Source of the DNA: an uncultured Desulfobacterales bacterium
GTDB lineage: Bacteria > Desulfobacterota > DSM-4660 > Desulfatiglandales > HGW-15
Length of the DNA stretch: 64,000 nt
Assembly: GCA_964450535.1 (NCBI GenBank)
Contig: CAYVDE010000004.1
Span: 9,083-73,082, forward strand
Direction: 5' to 3'
The notes under the pieces were generated by a model. That model was not told where the DNA came from. It saw only the letters and a program-made list of their open reading frames with translations, and ran no database searches. Below are positions 34,621 to 44,319 of the stretch, piece after piece; the first letter of the stretch is position 1; each line of letters begins with the position of its first letter. The position numbers and the translations under genes are program-made.

Positions 34621-36044
34621 TATGTTTTCTCCGGGATGGTGCTTATGCGCAGGCTGCTTTTAAGAAGGGTGAGCGCGGCTTCAGGAAATTCCGCGGACAT
34701 CGCTCCCAGGCAGGCCATGGAGTAGTCTGTGTCGATAAGGACTCCGGCGTCTCCCGGCGGTGTCAGGGAATTGCCGGAGTTTTCCGAAAGGATCCTGCAC
34801 AGGATGTCCCTCCCGCCGGGAAGACGGGTCAGGGCGCCTCCGGTCCCGATCACGGTCTTTACCGCGGTCAGGTCTTTGCCCTCCACAACCCTTGTCCTTC
34901 CGGACGGACCGTACAGGTCCCGCCATACTCCCGCATGGCGGAGGAGCGCGGTCCGGGCTGCAACAAAGGTGAGTTCCTCCATCAGCCGGACTTCTTCAGC
35001 GGTTTCAGGGATCAGACCAACGGTTTCCAGGAGTTCGGCTATACGCGCGGCCGTTGTCCCGCACCTGGAGGCGAGCTCCTCCGGTGCCGAAAGCGCCGAC
35101 ACGTTGTTCCGGTTTATGAAAAGGCCGAGATCTCCTTCCACGGTCCGTTTCGCTTTGGGCTCAGGGGCCGTCTGCATCCGGGTGATTTCCTCGTTTCCCG
35201 AGGTGACCGAGTGGACGTCCGTTGTCGCACCCCCGACGTCTATGACCAGAAGATCGCCCATGTCCTCTGCAAGGAGTTCCGCTGCGAGCATCACCGCCCC
35301 GGGGGTCGGAATTATGGGTCCGTTCACCACCTCCCGGATGTGCTCCATACCCGGCGCGCGGGTGATATGTTCCTCGAAGAGCATGCGGATTACCTTCCTG
35401 GCCGGTTCCACGTTCAGCTCGTCGATGCGCGGATAGACGTTATCTATACAGCTTACCTTGATGGCGGCTTTCGTGAAGACCCTTTCAATCTCTTCCCTGT
35501 TTTCGACATTGCCGCCGTAGATGACAGGGGGTGCAAGCCCGGCTTCCTTCAGGGCCTGGGCGATGAGCCGGCTGTTTTCTAGGGCGGTTTCCCGTTCCCC
35601 GTAATCCACGCCGCCAGCAATGAGGATTATGTTAGGCCGTATTTTTATCAGGGTCTTCAGGTCCGACGGGCGGATGATGCCCGCGGTGACTTGGTGGATG
35701 TTGGCGCCCGCTCCCAGCGCGGCCTCGCGGGCGGCACGGACCGTCATATCATAGGCAAGACCGTGGACCGTCATCCTCAACCCCCCGGCGGCGCTGGAGG
35801 TGGCGAGGAACCGGCCGGCCGGCCCGGGAAGGCTCCCGTCGGGAACCGCTGTTCCAAGGGCCCTCATGCAGGCTTCCATCGCCCGGTTCAGACCGGTCCG
35901 GACATCTCCCGAATCCAGCGACGTGGGGGCATAGCCCTGTCCGAGGAACCCAGGGCCCCCGTTCGAAACCGGATCAATGCCGCATGCGTTCACTATGGTG
36001 GTCGTGCTGCCGATCTCGGCGATCAGGACGTCGAAGCGGCTCAT
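34620..36044 (-). CDS. GlmL/MutL-like ASKHA-fold protein (putative aminomutase reactivase)
   Basis: Two phosphate motifs are present (LIAEIGSTTT and VIDVGGATTDVHS). It lies between oraE and orr. Its stop overlaps the orr start (TAATG), and its start overlaps the oraE stop. Confidence 0.7.
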   Translation of the reverse strand: MSRFDVLIAEIGSTTTIVNACGIDPVSNGGPGFLGQGYAPTSLDSGDVRTGLNRAMEACMRALGTAVPDGSLPGPAGRFLATSSAAGGLRMTVHGLAYDMTVRAAREAALGAGANIHQVTAGIIRPSDLKTLIKIRPNIILIAGGVDYGERETALENSRLIAQALKEAGLAPPVIYGGNVENREEIERVFTKAAIKVSCIDNVYPRIDELNVEPARKVIRMLFEEHITRAPGMEHIREVVNGPIIPTPGAVMLAAELLAEDMGDLLVIDVGGATTDVHSVTSGNEEITRMQTAPEPKAKRTVEGDLGLFINRNNVSALSAPEELASRCGTTAARIAELLETVGLIPETAEEVRLMEELTFVAARTALLRHAGVWRDLYGPSGRTRVVEGKDLTAVKTVIGTGGALTRLPGGRDILCRILSENSGNSLTPPGDAGVLIDTDYSMACLGAMSAEFPEAALTLLKSSLRISTIPEKT

Positions 36045-38281
36045 TGTATTTTTTCACGCCGTTTTTTGACAAGAAACGTCGCCACATGGATCCCCTTCGT
36101 GCCGCGGCCGAACCCGGCGTCTACTCCCTGCCTGACCGCCGCTTCGGGGGAGACCTGCGTCCCTCCGCAGACGAGGATCAGCTGGTTCCTGACCCCCTTT
36201 TCCACGGCGATATCATGGAGGCGGCGCATGTTCTTGTAGTGAATATCGTCATGGCTTATGATCGTGGAGGCGAGGACCGCGTCCGCCTTCAGTTCCACAG
36301 CGGAGTCGATGAGCTTTTCCAGCGGAACCGATGTCCCGAGGTAATGGCATTCGATCCCCAAGCCCTCGATGCCGCCGTGCTTGATGTCGATCACTTCACG
36401 CAGCCCCACTGAATGTTCGTCGCTTCCCACTGTCCCTGCGACTATTTTCATCGGGCTTTTCCTTATTTCGGCCCGGATCTCCTCTTCGGTCATCACGTCA
36501 GGTTCCGGTGGGATGGTGAGGTCGGCAAGGTCTATGACGTGCTCGAAGCGTCCCTTGATTTCAACGCGAGTCCCCTCGGCTGGATGCATTACCTCGGTGT
36601 GTATCACCTCGGTTTCGCGCAGCCCCATGCGCGCCCCGATCTCCAGGGCCGCGGCCGAAGCTGCCCGCCTGCCGGCGGGTAGAAAGACAGTCACGTGGAC
36701 GACACCATCGCCCTGCCACTCCATCTCAGGCCTGATTTTTGTGCCCCCCCGCAGGTCCCGGGTCTCCTCCATGCGAAGGTACACATTGTCGTTCTCATCC
36801 AGCTCATCGATATAGACGATCATCTCAGGGTTTTCGAACGTGCAGCCGCCGATAAGCGAAGACGGCCCAGCGGTCCCGTTATCGCCGGCAACATCGCCCG
36901 GATCGTTTTGTGCGGGCAAACCGTACTGCGCGGTGTTGTTGTAGCCGAAATGGGCGGTTACAGGCGCCAGGTAGTCGGGATCGCGGGTGAAAATGGTGTC
37001 GGAGCCTATTCCCCCGTCAGCCTTCCGGATGATTCCGTCGCCGTTACGCCCGGGGTAGAGGCCGGAATCGACGAACATCCCTTTCTCGACCGCGGCGAAG
37101 TATCCTCCCGTTTCTATCATCTCCTCCAGGAAGAGTACCGCCCGTTCCTTCAGTTCGCGTATGGTCCCGGCCATGGGCTCATCGTGCCTGCGCAGGTTCA
37201 CGAGTTCCTTCAAGCCGTCCATGCCGTTGAAGGCCTGCCTGGCCGTGTCGGTCCCTTCAATGTTGTAGATGTGCCAGGGGACGTTACGCCCCTCATCCGG
37301 GGTTATGGTGGACTGGATGTCCGCTGATGTGAGTTCGGAGATGAGCAGATTGAGCGTATGGGTGACCGTGGCCTCCCGGGTGGAACTCGTCATGTACTTG
37401 GTGTTCTGCTGCGCCCGCATCTTGTAATCTCGGAAAAGCTCCCGCAGCGCCACAGCGTAAGGGAGGTCCAGCCGCATGCAGGGAGCGGGGGGAGCGGTAG
37501 GAGGAACCGTGGACAGGCAGATATCCTCCTTTTTCATGCCGGCCTTCACGGAAAAAGAGCAGTTCACCGCGTGCTGAACGAGAAGTTCCGGCATCACCTT
37601 CCACGCCTCCCGGGCGGTGGCGTTTGCGTTATGGGCCCCGTCGATCTGCGCCATACCGGACCAGGTCATGATCTTTTTCGCTTCGGCGGCGTCAACGAAG
37701 CTTCGAACCATGTTGACGTTCCGGTAGAGTACGTTGTACTGCGGGTCCTGGTGTGCCCCGTTTACTCCCTCCTCGGCAAAAAGCACTGCAATCTCCGGCC
37801 CGGCGACACCGCTCACGTAGGAGTGGTAGTTGATCGGCCTGCCGATCTCCTCCTCGATCAGATCGAGCGCCTTCCGCTGGGCCCGGACCTGCTTCCGTGT
37901 GATCGGAACGCCGCCGATCCCCTGCGGGGTCCCTTCCATGAGCCCGTCGATGTGGCTCTGCCCCACGGTACGGATGACCATCAGGTGGTCCGCGCCGTGC
38001 CACGCCGCCATCCGCATCCTTCGGATATCGTCTTCGAACCTGCCGGAGGCTATCTCCGTCGTTATGGTGGCGGCCGGCTGGACGTCGATGTCGCTGAAGT
38101 AGTGCGCAGCGGGCAGCGGTACGGAGTTCTCAAGGGGCTCGGAGCACTCGATATACTCGAAAGCGCCGGCGCGCAGCTTTTCTCCTTTTCCTGCGCGCCA
38201 GGTCCAGCCCCGCCGTTTCGGGCGGTAGTTTTCGAGTCCTTTGAGGATTCCTTCTATGTCGATTTTTTCTTCGGGCTTCAT
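36041..38281 (-). CDS. oraE: D-ornithine 4,5-aminomutase, large (beta) subunit, B12/PLP-dependent
   Basis: It is 746 aa long, and the N-terminus MKPEEKIDIEGILKGLENYRPKRRGWTWR is typical of OraE. The C-terminal cobalamin-binding domain carries the SDEHSVG (DxHxxG-type) motif. Confidence 0.9.
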   Translation of the reverse strand: MKPEEKIDIEGILKGLENYRPKRRGWTWRAGKGEKLRAGAFEYIECSEPLENSVPLPAAHYFSDIDVQPAATITTEIASGRFEDDIRRMRMAAWHGADHLMVIRTVGQSHIDGLMEGTPQGIGGVPITRKQVRAQRKALDLIEEEIGRPINYHSYVSGVAGPEIAVLFAEEGVNGAHQDPQYNVLYRNVNMVRSFVDAAEAKKIMTWSGMAQIDGAHNANATAREAWKVMPELLVQHAVNCSFSVKAGMKKEDICLSTVPPTAPPAPCMRLDLPYAVALRELFRDYKMRAQQNTKYMTSSTREATVTHTLNLLISELTSADIQSTITPDEGRNVPWHIYNIEGTDTARQAFNGMDGLKELVNLRRHDEPMAGTIRELKERAVLFLEEMIETGGYFAAVEKGMFVDSGLYPGRNGDGIIRKADGGIGSDTIFTRDPDYLAPVTAHFGYNNTAQYGLPAQNDPGDVAGDNGTAGPSSLIGGCTFENPEMIVYIDELDENDNVYLRMEETRDLRGGTKIRPEMEWQGDGVVHVTVFLPAGRRAASAAALEIGARMGLRETEVIHTEVMHPAEGTRVEIKGRFEHVIDLADLTIPPEPDVMTEEEIRAEIRKSPMKIVAGTVGSDEHSVGLREVIDIKHGGIEGLGIECHYLGTSVPLEKLIDSAVELKADAVLASTIISHDDIHYKNMRRLHDIAVEKGVRNQLILVCGGTQVSPEAAVRQGVDAGFGRGTKGIHVATFLVKKRREKIQ

Positions 38282-38673
38282 GGGATGTGCCTCCCTGATG
38301 AGGCTTCAGCCGTTACAAAGGACGACTCGACCTCCTCCCAGAGCTCACCCGCGGCGAGTTTCAGCCCGGCCTCGCGCAACGGGGTCTTCGTCAAAAGCGA
38401 TGCCCGGTAGACTACGTGGCCTGCTCCTTTACCTATGAGCGACCGGCCGATGCATCCGTCCACGATCGCCTTGGCCTCCATACTTGAAAACCCCATCCTC
38501 AAGAGCACCGACCGCTCGATGGAGGGCGTCGTGTGGTCCCTGGCAAGCTCGATGAGGGGGTCGGTGAGCTTATTGGACAATTCCCAGAAGCGGGCCTCCA
38601 GTTCCTCTTCTGAAAGCCGGGCGAGATGCGCGCGCCGTTTCTGAAAATCATCTCTTCTCTCGATGCCTCTCAT
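38278..38673 (-). CDS. oraS: D-ornithine 4,5-aminomutase, small (alpha) subunit
   Basis: It is 131 aa long, with RRDDFQKRRAHLARLSEEELEARFWEL...ERSVLLRMGFS. It shows 4-nt overlaps with both neighbours. Confidence 0.85.
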   Translation of the reverse strand: MRGIERRDDFQKRRAHLARLSEEELEARFWELSNKLTDPLIELARDHTTPSIERSVLLRMGFSSMEAKAIVDGCIGRSLIGKGAGHVVYRASLLTKTPLREAGLKLAAGELWEEVESSFVTAEASSGRHIP

Positions 38674-40100
38674 TGCAGTTTCTCCTTGAAGATCGAATCT
38701 AGGGCCGATTCCACAAACCTTTCGTCTCGTTTGGTTTCCTGCACGAGGAAGGCCATTGTCTCCCGGCGGGCACGGGCGGCATTGTCAAGTCCGGCAAGCT
38801 CCGGTTCAAACCCGGCCACCGCGTGGCGAATCCTCGATATCCTCAGTGGGTCCATGGACAGGTCTTTCGGGGTGATCAGGTCAGGCGACGCCGGCAGGAC
38901 CACCGATTCTCCCGGGATTTCTTCGGCCGGGTCGCCGATCCGGACATCGATACCGTTCTCCCGGGCGAACGAGAGCTGCGGCTGAACATGTTTTCCCGCT
39001 CCCGTGTACTCGCTCTCCTGGACTACGATGACCTGATCCCGGTCCATCTCCCTGGCCAGAGCGAACGCCGCCGCCAGGGAGATGTTGCCTGCGGGTCCCC
39101 GCTCGAGCCCTTCGAGCCTTGCAAGCGCTTCGGTCATCGCGAAGACCGGTCCCTGGGGCACGGTCAGGTACCGGTCCAGGTAACGCAGAGGGCGCGCGGC
39201 GCTGCGGGGAACATCGGAACGGTCCGGCATGACCGCGAAGGGTACGCCGAACCCGGTGTGGCCGGTAGTAAAGGACTTCCTGTTGAAGTGGGCGTCGTTC
39301 GCCATGTGAAGGCCGGTCAGGTTCACGCTTGCTCCTACGATCAGGGTATCGGAGGCGCCCGCCTTTATCAGCCCCCGTGCGGTTCCGGTAACGTTGCCGC
39401 CGCCGGCGTTGGTGACGACCACCGCATCGGGGAAGCGCCCTGTCCGCTCCCGGACCTGGCCCGCGACCTCCCCTCCGAGCGTCTCTATGCCGGCAATCCC
39501 GTACGGGGTGTAAAGGGATGCGTTGAAGTATCCTGTTTCCTCCAAGAGGGAAAGAAAGACCAGGAAAAGCTCGGGACCGACGGATAGCTGTATCACCTCG
39601 GCGCCGTATGCCTCACAAGCACGCGCCTTTTCGATGATCTCCGGCTGGCCGATGCCCTTTGAATCGTAGCACTCCTGCACGACGATGCACGAAAGACCCC
39701 GTATGGCGGCCTGACTCGCAACGGCGGCGCCGTAGTTGCCGCTGGTCGCGGCCATGACTCCCGGAAACCCTAAATCCTTCGCCTTCTTAACCGACACCGA
39801 CGCGCGCCGCGCCTTGAAGCTTCCCGACGGGTTGGCCGCCTCGTCCTTCAGGAAGATGCGGGCACCTTTCCCCCGGGGAGAATACTTCCGGGCGAGTTCG
39901 GTCAGGTTGCGCAGTTCCAGCAGGGGGGTATTGCCGACGCCTGTCTCCGCCTGAAGCTTCGAGGTCTCTTTGATATCACCTCCCGCCTCCGACATCATTC
40001 GTTCGTAGTCAAAGGCGATAAAGCCCGATTCATAGCGGGAATAATCGATGCCCACCGATCTTTTCATGATTTCGTTTTTTCGATCGAGGATGGCTTTCAT
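38670..40100 (-). CDS. ortB: 2-amino-4-ketopentanoate thiolase, beta subunit (PLP, Trp-synthase-beta fold)
   Basis: The PLP-lysine block NPSGSFKARRA is present. I chose the start at MKAILDRKNE (ATG at 40100), which overlaps the ortA stop by 4 nt. Confidence 0.85.
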   Translation of the reverse strand: MKAILDRKNEIMKRSVGIDYSRYESGFIAFDYERMMSEAGGDIKETSKLQAETGVGNTPLLELRNLTELARKYSPRGKGARIFLKDEAANPSGSFKARRASVSVKKAKDLGFPGVMAATSGNYGAAVASQAAIRGLSCIVVQECYDSKGIGQPEIIEKARACEAYGAEVIQLSVGPELFLVFLSLLEETGYFNASLYTPYGIAGIETLGGEVAGQVRERTGRFPDAVVVTNAGGGNVTGTARGLIKAGASDTLIVGASVNLTGLHMANDAHFNRKSFTTGHTGFGVPFAVMPDRSDVPRSAARPLRYLDRYLTVPQGPVFAMTEALARLEGLERGPAGNISLAAAFALAREMDRDQVIVVQESEYTGAGKHVQPQLSFARENGIDVRIGDPAEEIPGESVVLPASPDLITPKDLSMDPLRISRIRHAVAGFEPELAGLDNAARARRETMAFLVQETKRDERFVESALDSIFKEKLQ

Positions 40101-40402
40101 CTTGCATCCTCCCTGTACCGCCGCCCGATCTCTTGGAGTTCCGGTACGAACGCTCCGAACCCGTGTTCCCACGTCGGTTCTATTTCGGTGAGTGTACCCC
40201 TGAGCCTGCGGCCGGTGACCGTCTCGATATCCACCTCTTCCCCCGCCGCGGCAATATCCGATATCAGGTACCCTTTGACACGCATCGTGAGCGGAGTCCG
40301 GGCGGTCTCGGGGGGAAGCTGCGAGGTGCGTTCATCCGGTTCAAGTACGGTGCGGCTTATCAGCACCCAGTCCCCTTGGCGTGCGGATGTTTTCTTTGTC
40401 AT
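40097..40402 (-). CDS. ortA: 2-amino-4-ketopentanoate thiolase, alpha subunit
   Basis: It is a 101-aa protein (MTKKTSARQGDWVLISRTVLEP...) in the conserved position between ord and ortB. I chose the internal ATG at 40402 rather than the track start at 40708. Confidence 0.8.
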   Translation of the reverse strand: MTKKTSARQGDWVLISRTVLEPDERTSQLPPETARTPLTMRVKGYLISDIAAAGEEVDIETVTGRRLRGTLTEIEPTWEHGFGAFVPELQEIGRRYREDAR

Positions 40403-40413
40403 TTTCAGGCCTC

Positions 40414-41487
40414 CTATCGGAGCATGTCCCGCATATCCCCCATGACCGCGCGCGGCACCGGAAGATCCAGCATGGTCTTGAGCCCCGGTTCCGCGTTGAT
40501 GATCTGGGGGATCATGTTGACGCACATGGCGATAGTCCCGATGCCGCCCGGGACTTCCGGCTTGATGGAAAGGGATATTTCGGGATCGCCCGAGATGGTG
40601 ATGTAATCTCCGGTCTCCGTTCCTTCGGCTTCGGGTTCGATCTGCTGGGGGTGCTCCATCGTTATCTTTCTCTCGCCTTCCACATACCCTAAACCCTTCA
40701 TGTCGCATCCGGCGACCATCCCCGGTTTCACCACAGCATAGGGGCTCTGCCGCCTGATGGTGGTGATGATCGGCTTCATCGCCTGTTTCACCGCCTGCCC
40801 GCCGGGGGGCGCGTCGAGCTTCCAGCCGATACCGTCACAGATCATATGAATAGATTCGGCGAACCCCACATGTCCTGCAAGGGTTCCGGACGCCGCCTGT
40901 TTTTCAAACTCCTCGGGCGAAAGCCCGACTCCCTGCTCTTCCATGACAGCCGGTCCGAAAGGGGAGAGGCTGTTGACCCTTCGCACCTCGATTTCGTCGA
41001 CCCGTGCGCATGCCCCTGTCAATAGTACGACGAGCAGGTCCATGATTAGCCCCGGGTTGATGCCCGTTCCCAGCACCGAAACGCCGTTTTGTTTGGCAGT
41101 CTCATCGAGCTTTTGGGCCAGTTCCGGCTCCGAGGCCTTTGGGTATGCCATCTGTTCAGCTGTCGATATCACGTTGATTCGGTTTTCCAGAAGCAGGACC
41201 AGCTTATCGAAGGTCTTAGCAGTGAAAGAATCGGTGGCTACCAGGGCGATATCGGCGCATCCCGGGGAAACAACCGCCTCTATCTTCTCCTGGACGATCA
41301 GGTCCGGCCGGCCGCTGCGTTTGACACCAAGGAGTTCGAAGAGGCTTTTCCCCGCGCGGTCCGGATGAATATCGCATATTCCTGTAAGCTCGACGCCCTT
41401 TTTCTCGAGCAGCAGGCGCGCCATGCCGCTCCCCATGGCCCCGAAACCCCATATGATCACTCTGACGGGAGGCCTCTCGTGTTTCAT
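40414..41487 (-). CDS. ord: 2,4-diaminopentanoate dehydrogenase
   Basis: It has a Rossmann N-terminus (VRVIIWGFGAMGSGMARLL) and a DapB-like fold of appropriate length. It is the first gene of the ornithine operon. Confidence 0.85.
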   Translation of the reverse strand: MKHERPPVRVIIWGFGAMGSGMARLLLEKKGVELTGICDIHPDRAGKSLFELLGVKRSGRPDLIVQEKIEAVVSPGCADIALVATDSFTAKTFDKLVLLLENRINVISTAEQMAYPKASEPELAQKLDETAKQNGVSVLGTGINPGLIMDLLVVLLTGACARVDEIEVRRVNSLSPFGPAVMEEQGVGLSPEEFEKQAASGTLAGHVGFAESIHMICDGIGWKLDAPPGGQAVKQAMKPIITTIRRQSPYAVVKPGMVAGCDMKGLGYVEGERKITMEHPQQIEPEAEGTETGDYITISGDPEISLSIKPEVPGGIGTIAMCVNMIPQIINAEPGLKTMLDLPVPRAVMGDMRDMLR

Positions 41488-41510
41488 TGGGGGTTGCTCC
41501 TTATACTCAT

Positions 41511-41539
41511 ATAATAAGAATTTACTATTGCAGTAGTAA
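41511..41539 (-). promoter_or_regulatory. Candidate sigma70-type promoter of the ornithine operon, overlapped by a 16-bp palindrome
   Basis: Read on the minus strand, the sequence is TTACTA, then 17 nt, then TATTAT, ending 24 nt upstream of the ord ATG. The palindrome TACTAtTGCAgTAGTA (41523-41538) covers the -35 element and the spacer. Confidence 0.35.
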
Positions 41540-41689
41540 TTGTAGCCTGTGGGGCAGTGATGTCAAGCCGCGATTACGTAGGGTTTTGCTTTTCCATAAG
41601 ACCATGCGTGAATGATCGGAATGGAGGAGAGACGCGTATGGCCTGTGAAAAAGGCCCAGTCCGGTTTCGATAAAACAACGGGGATGGAG

Positions 41690-42487
41690 TTACTGAAATT
41701 TCCGACGCAGTTTTACAAGGTTCGGACCGTATAGTTCCGTGAGCTGCCTGCCGAAGTGGCGGTGAACCTCCGCCAGATATAGATCATGACAGATGTAGCT
41801 TTCGATTGATTGCACCAGGCCGCGGTTTTTCGTCCACACCACCTGGCAAGGGTAAGTCCCTCCGAGGGTTCCGGTGACGCAGAGCGTGGAGTCTACGACG
41901 CAGTCGAGCGTTCTTCCAAGCTCCCCGACAACCGGCATGTTCTCCGTACTGTGGAAATAGACCTCTCCGAAATCGAGTTGGGTGGTGCCGTAGAGCAGGA
42001 TAACGACCCTCGCCCCCTTCGTGTGAGCCCTTCTCAAGGGCTCTTTTAATACTTCCAACTCCTCTTCCCACAGACCGATGTAAACGGCGAGCTCCGCATT
42101 TTCTATCAGGCCGGCGGTCGTTTTCAGAGCTTCTTCGGGGTTCGGCAGATTCCAGACCGGGTCGAAATCCGAGACGAAGTTTCTCTGCTTGAGCCGTTTT
42201 TCCAGTTCCTCGGTAAACTTGTTATAATCGCGCCTCAGCTTTTCCAGCAGGTTTTTCGGAGAAAGCGGGCTGAATAGTTCGGGCTTGGTCCCGCTCGAGA
42301 TGGCAACTCCTCGCTTGATGAGTCTTCTCGTGACATCGTAAACCCGGGAATGAGGGACGCCCGAATGCCGGGAAATGGTGTAGGCGCTCGCAGGATGAAG
42401 GGAGAGGAGCGAGAGATAGACTTTCGCTTCGTATTCGGTGAACCCCATCTCCTTGAAATAATAAAGGGTTTCTTCCACATTATTCAT
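41690..42487 (-). CDS. TrmB-family transcriptional regulator
   Basis: The winged-helix N-terminus reads FTEYEAKVYLSLLSLHPASAYTISRHSGVPHSRVYDVTRRL. The start is at MNNVEE (ATG at 42487). The gene is divergent from kamD. Confidence 0.8.
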   Translation of the reverse strand: MNNVEETLYYFKEMGFTEYEAKVYLSLLSLHPASAYTISRHSGVPHSRVYDVTRRLIKRGVAISSGTKPELFSPLSPKNLLEKLRRDYNKFTEELEKRLKQRNFVSDFDPVWNLPNPEEALKTTAGLIENAELAVYIGLWEEELEVLKEPLRRAHTKGARVVILLYGTTQLDFGEVYFHSTENMPVVGELGRTLDCVVDSTLCVTGTLGGTYPCQVVWTKNRGLVQSIESYICHDLYLAEVHRHFGRQLTELYGPNLVKLRRKFQ

Positions 42488-42759
42488 AATGATCCGCCTT
42501 TTGGAATAACGGATTGTTAGATGAATCAATTATTCTCCGGTGAAGAGGGTATGTCAAGAAGACGCGGTTGCCCCTGCGCCCTTGACAGTGGTCGATGGGC
42601 CCTGGTAGAAACCACCTTATAATAGGTACAATCCCCCGTTTACAGCCCACCTGGCGCCGGCCGGGAGAAATGTCCTGGAAACCGAAGTCGAAGCTCTCTC
42701 ATTGCGGATCTAAGCGCGTTAACGGGACCTGGAAACTTTTCAGGGCAAGGAAGAACAGT

Positions 42760-44319
42760 ATGTTTGAATTGAATCTGGAAAAGGCGAAGATTGACCGGGC
42801 GCGTGAGGCCGCTGCTCGAATTGCGGCCGAAACCCTGGCGGAGATCGACGGCAAGACCACGGTTACGGTGGAACGAGCGGTCCTTCGGCTCCTGGGAGTG
42901 GAAGGGGTCACCGAGGATGGTGTGCCCTGGGTGAATGTGATTGTGGACGAACTCCTTTCCCGGGGCCTTCTGGGCAGAGGAGCCGCGGCCCCGTTCGTGA
43001 GCGCCCTCCTGGCCGAAGGAGTCTCACCGGGGGAGACTGCAGAGCGGATGGTTGAAGGAAGGATGGACCCTGGAGCTGTTCCGGCGGCCGATCCGGAAAG
43101 GCTTAGGGAGCGTATGCTTTCCCTTGCCCGCGAAGGGCTTTCGCGCATCGACCGGGCCCGCATGGACCGCGAGGAGAGGCTGGCGCGCCTGGGCCGGGGC
43201 CGGGAACCGTTGCGATACCTTATAGTGGCCACCGGGGACATACACGAAGATGCGGTCCAGGCCGGGGCGGCCGCGCGCGGAGGAGCGGACATCATCGCCG
43301 TGATCCGCCACACGGCCCAGAGCCTCCTCGATTATGTTCCGGAAGACGGGAGCATCGAGGGGGTCGGGGGAACCATCGCCAACCGTGAAAACTTCCGGGT
43401 CATGCGCGAGGCCCTGGACGAGGTCTCGGAGGAGCTGGGAAGGTATGTTTACCTGACCAACTACTGCTCGGGCCTGTGCATGCCCGAGATGGCCGTGCTG
43501 GGGGCCCAGGAACGGCTGGACGTGATGCTCAACGACTCCATGTACGGCGTGATCTTCCGGGACATCAACATGGTCAGGACGTTTATCGATCAGCATTTCT
43601 CCCGCGCCCTGCTGGCCAGGGCCGGCATGATGATCAACACGGGAGAGGACAACTACCTCACCACCTCCGATGCGTTCGAAAAGGCCCATACCGTTCTGGC
43701 GAGCCAGTTTATCAACGAGCAGTTCGCCCTCAAGAGCGGTCTTGCGCCCCGGCAGATCGGCCTGGGCCATGCCTTCGAGATTTCGCCCAAGCTCGAAGAC
43801 AGCTTCCTGTACGAGCTGGCCCAGGCCATGATGGTGCGCCGGATCTTCGCCGATTGCCCGGTCAAGTACATGCCGCCCACCAAGTACATGACCGGTAACA
43901 TCTTTCAGGGCAACGTGCAGAACGCCTTGTTCAACGCGGTCTCCGTGCTTACGGATCAGAGCGTGCATCTTCTGGGCATGCCCACCGAGGCAATTCACAC
44001 GCCGCACGTGCATGACCGTCACCTGAGCCTCGAGAACGTGGATTACGTCTTCAGGGCCATGAGGCACCTGGGCGAGGACATCATGTTCCGGCCGGGAGGG
44101 CGGGTGGAGTCCCGTGCCCGCAAGGTCCTCGCCGATGCGGTGGCCATGCTCGAGGACGTTGCCGGGATGGGCCTGATGGAGGCCATCTCCAAGGCCATGT
44201 TCGCGGACATCGCAAGGACCCGCGAAGGCGGCAAGGGGCTCGAGGGCGTGGTGTCCAAGGCCGATGGTTACTGTAATCCTGTTTCAGACCTCCTTGAGGA
44301 GGAAAGGGCTGCGTCATGA
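42760..44319 (+). CDS. kamD: Lysine 5,6-aminomutase, alpha subunit
   Basis: It is about 519 aa long, starting MFELNLEKAKIDRAREAAARIA (ATG at 42760), and is typical of the family. It shows a 4-nt ATGA overlap with kamE. Confidence 0.9.
   Translation: MFELNLEKAKIDRAREAAARIAAETLAEIDGKTTVTVERAVLRLLGVEGVTEDGVPWVNVIVDELLSRGLLGRGAAAPFVSALLAEGVSPGETAERMVEGRMDPGAVPAADPERLRERMLSLAREGLSRIDRARMDREERLARLGRGREPLRYLIVATGDIHEDAVQAGAAARGGADIIAVIRHTAQSLLDYVPEDGSIEGVGGTIANRENFRVMREALDEVSEELGRYVYLTNYCSGLCMPEMAVLGAQERLDVMLNDSMYGVIFRDINMVRTFIDQHFSRALLARAGMMINTGEDNYLTTSDAFEKAHTVLASQFINEQFALKSGLAPRQIGLGHAFEISPKLEDSFLYELAQAMMVRRIFADCPVKYMPPTKYMTGNIFQGNVQNALFNAVSVLTDQSVHLLGMPTEAIHTPHVHDRHLSLENVDYVFRAMRHLGEDIMFRPGGRVESRARKVLADAVAMLEDVAGMGLMEAISKAMFADIARTREGGKGLEGVVSKADGYCNPVSDLLEEERAAS

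Noticed and set aside
42600-42700. A cobalamin riboswitch upstream of the B12-dependent kamDE genes (AATCCCCCG...CAGCCC...GCCGGGAGAAATGTCCTGG).
   Set aside because: It resembles the AAUCC/GCCCCCGC/B12-box elements only partially. There are insertions in the B12 box and no convincing flanking helices. A covariance-model scan would be needed, so the element is not claimed.
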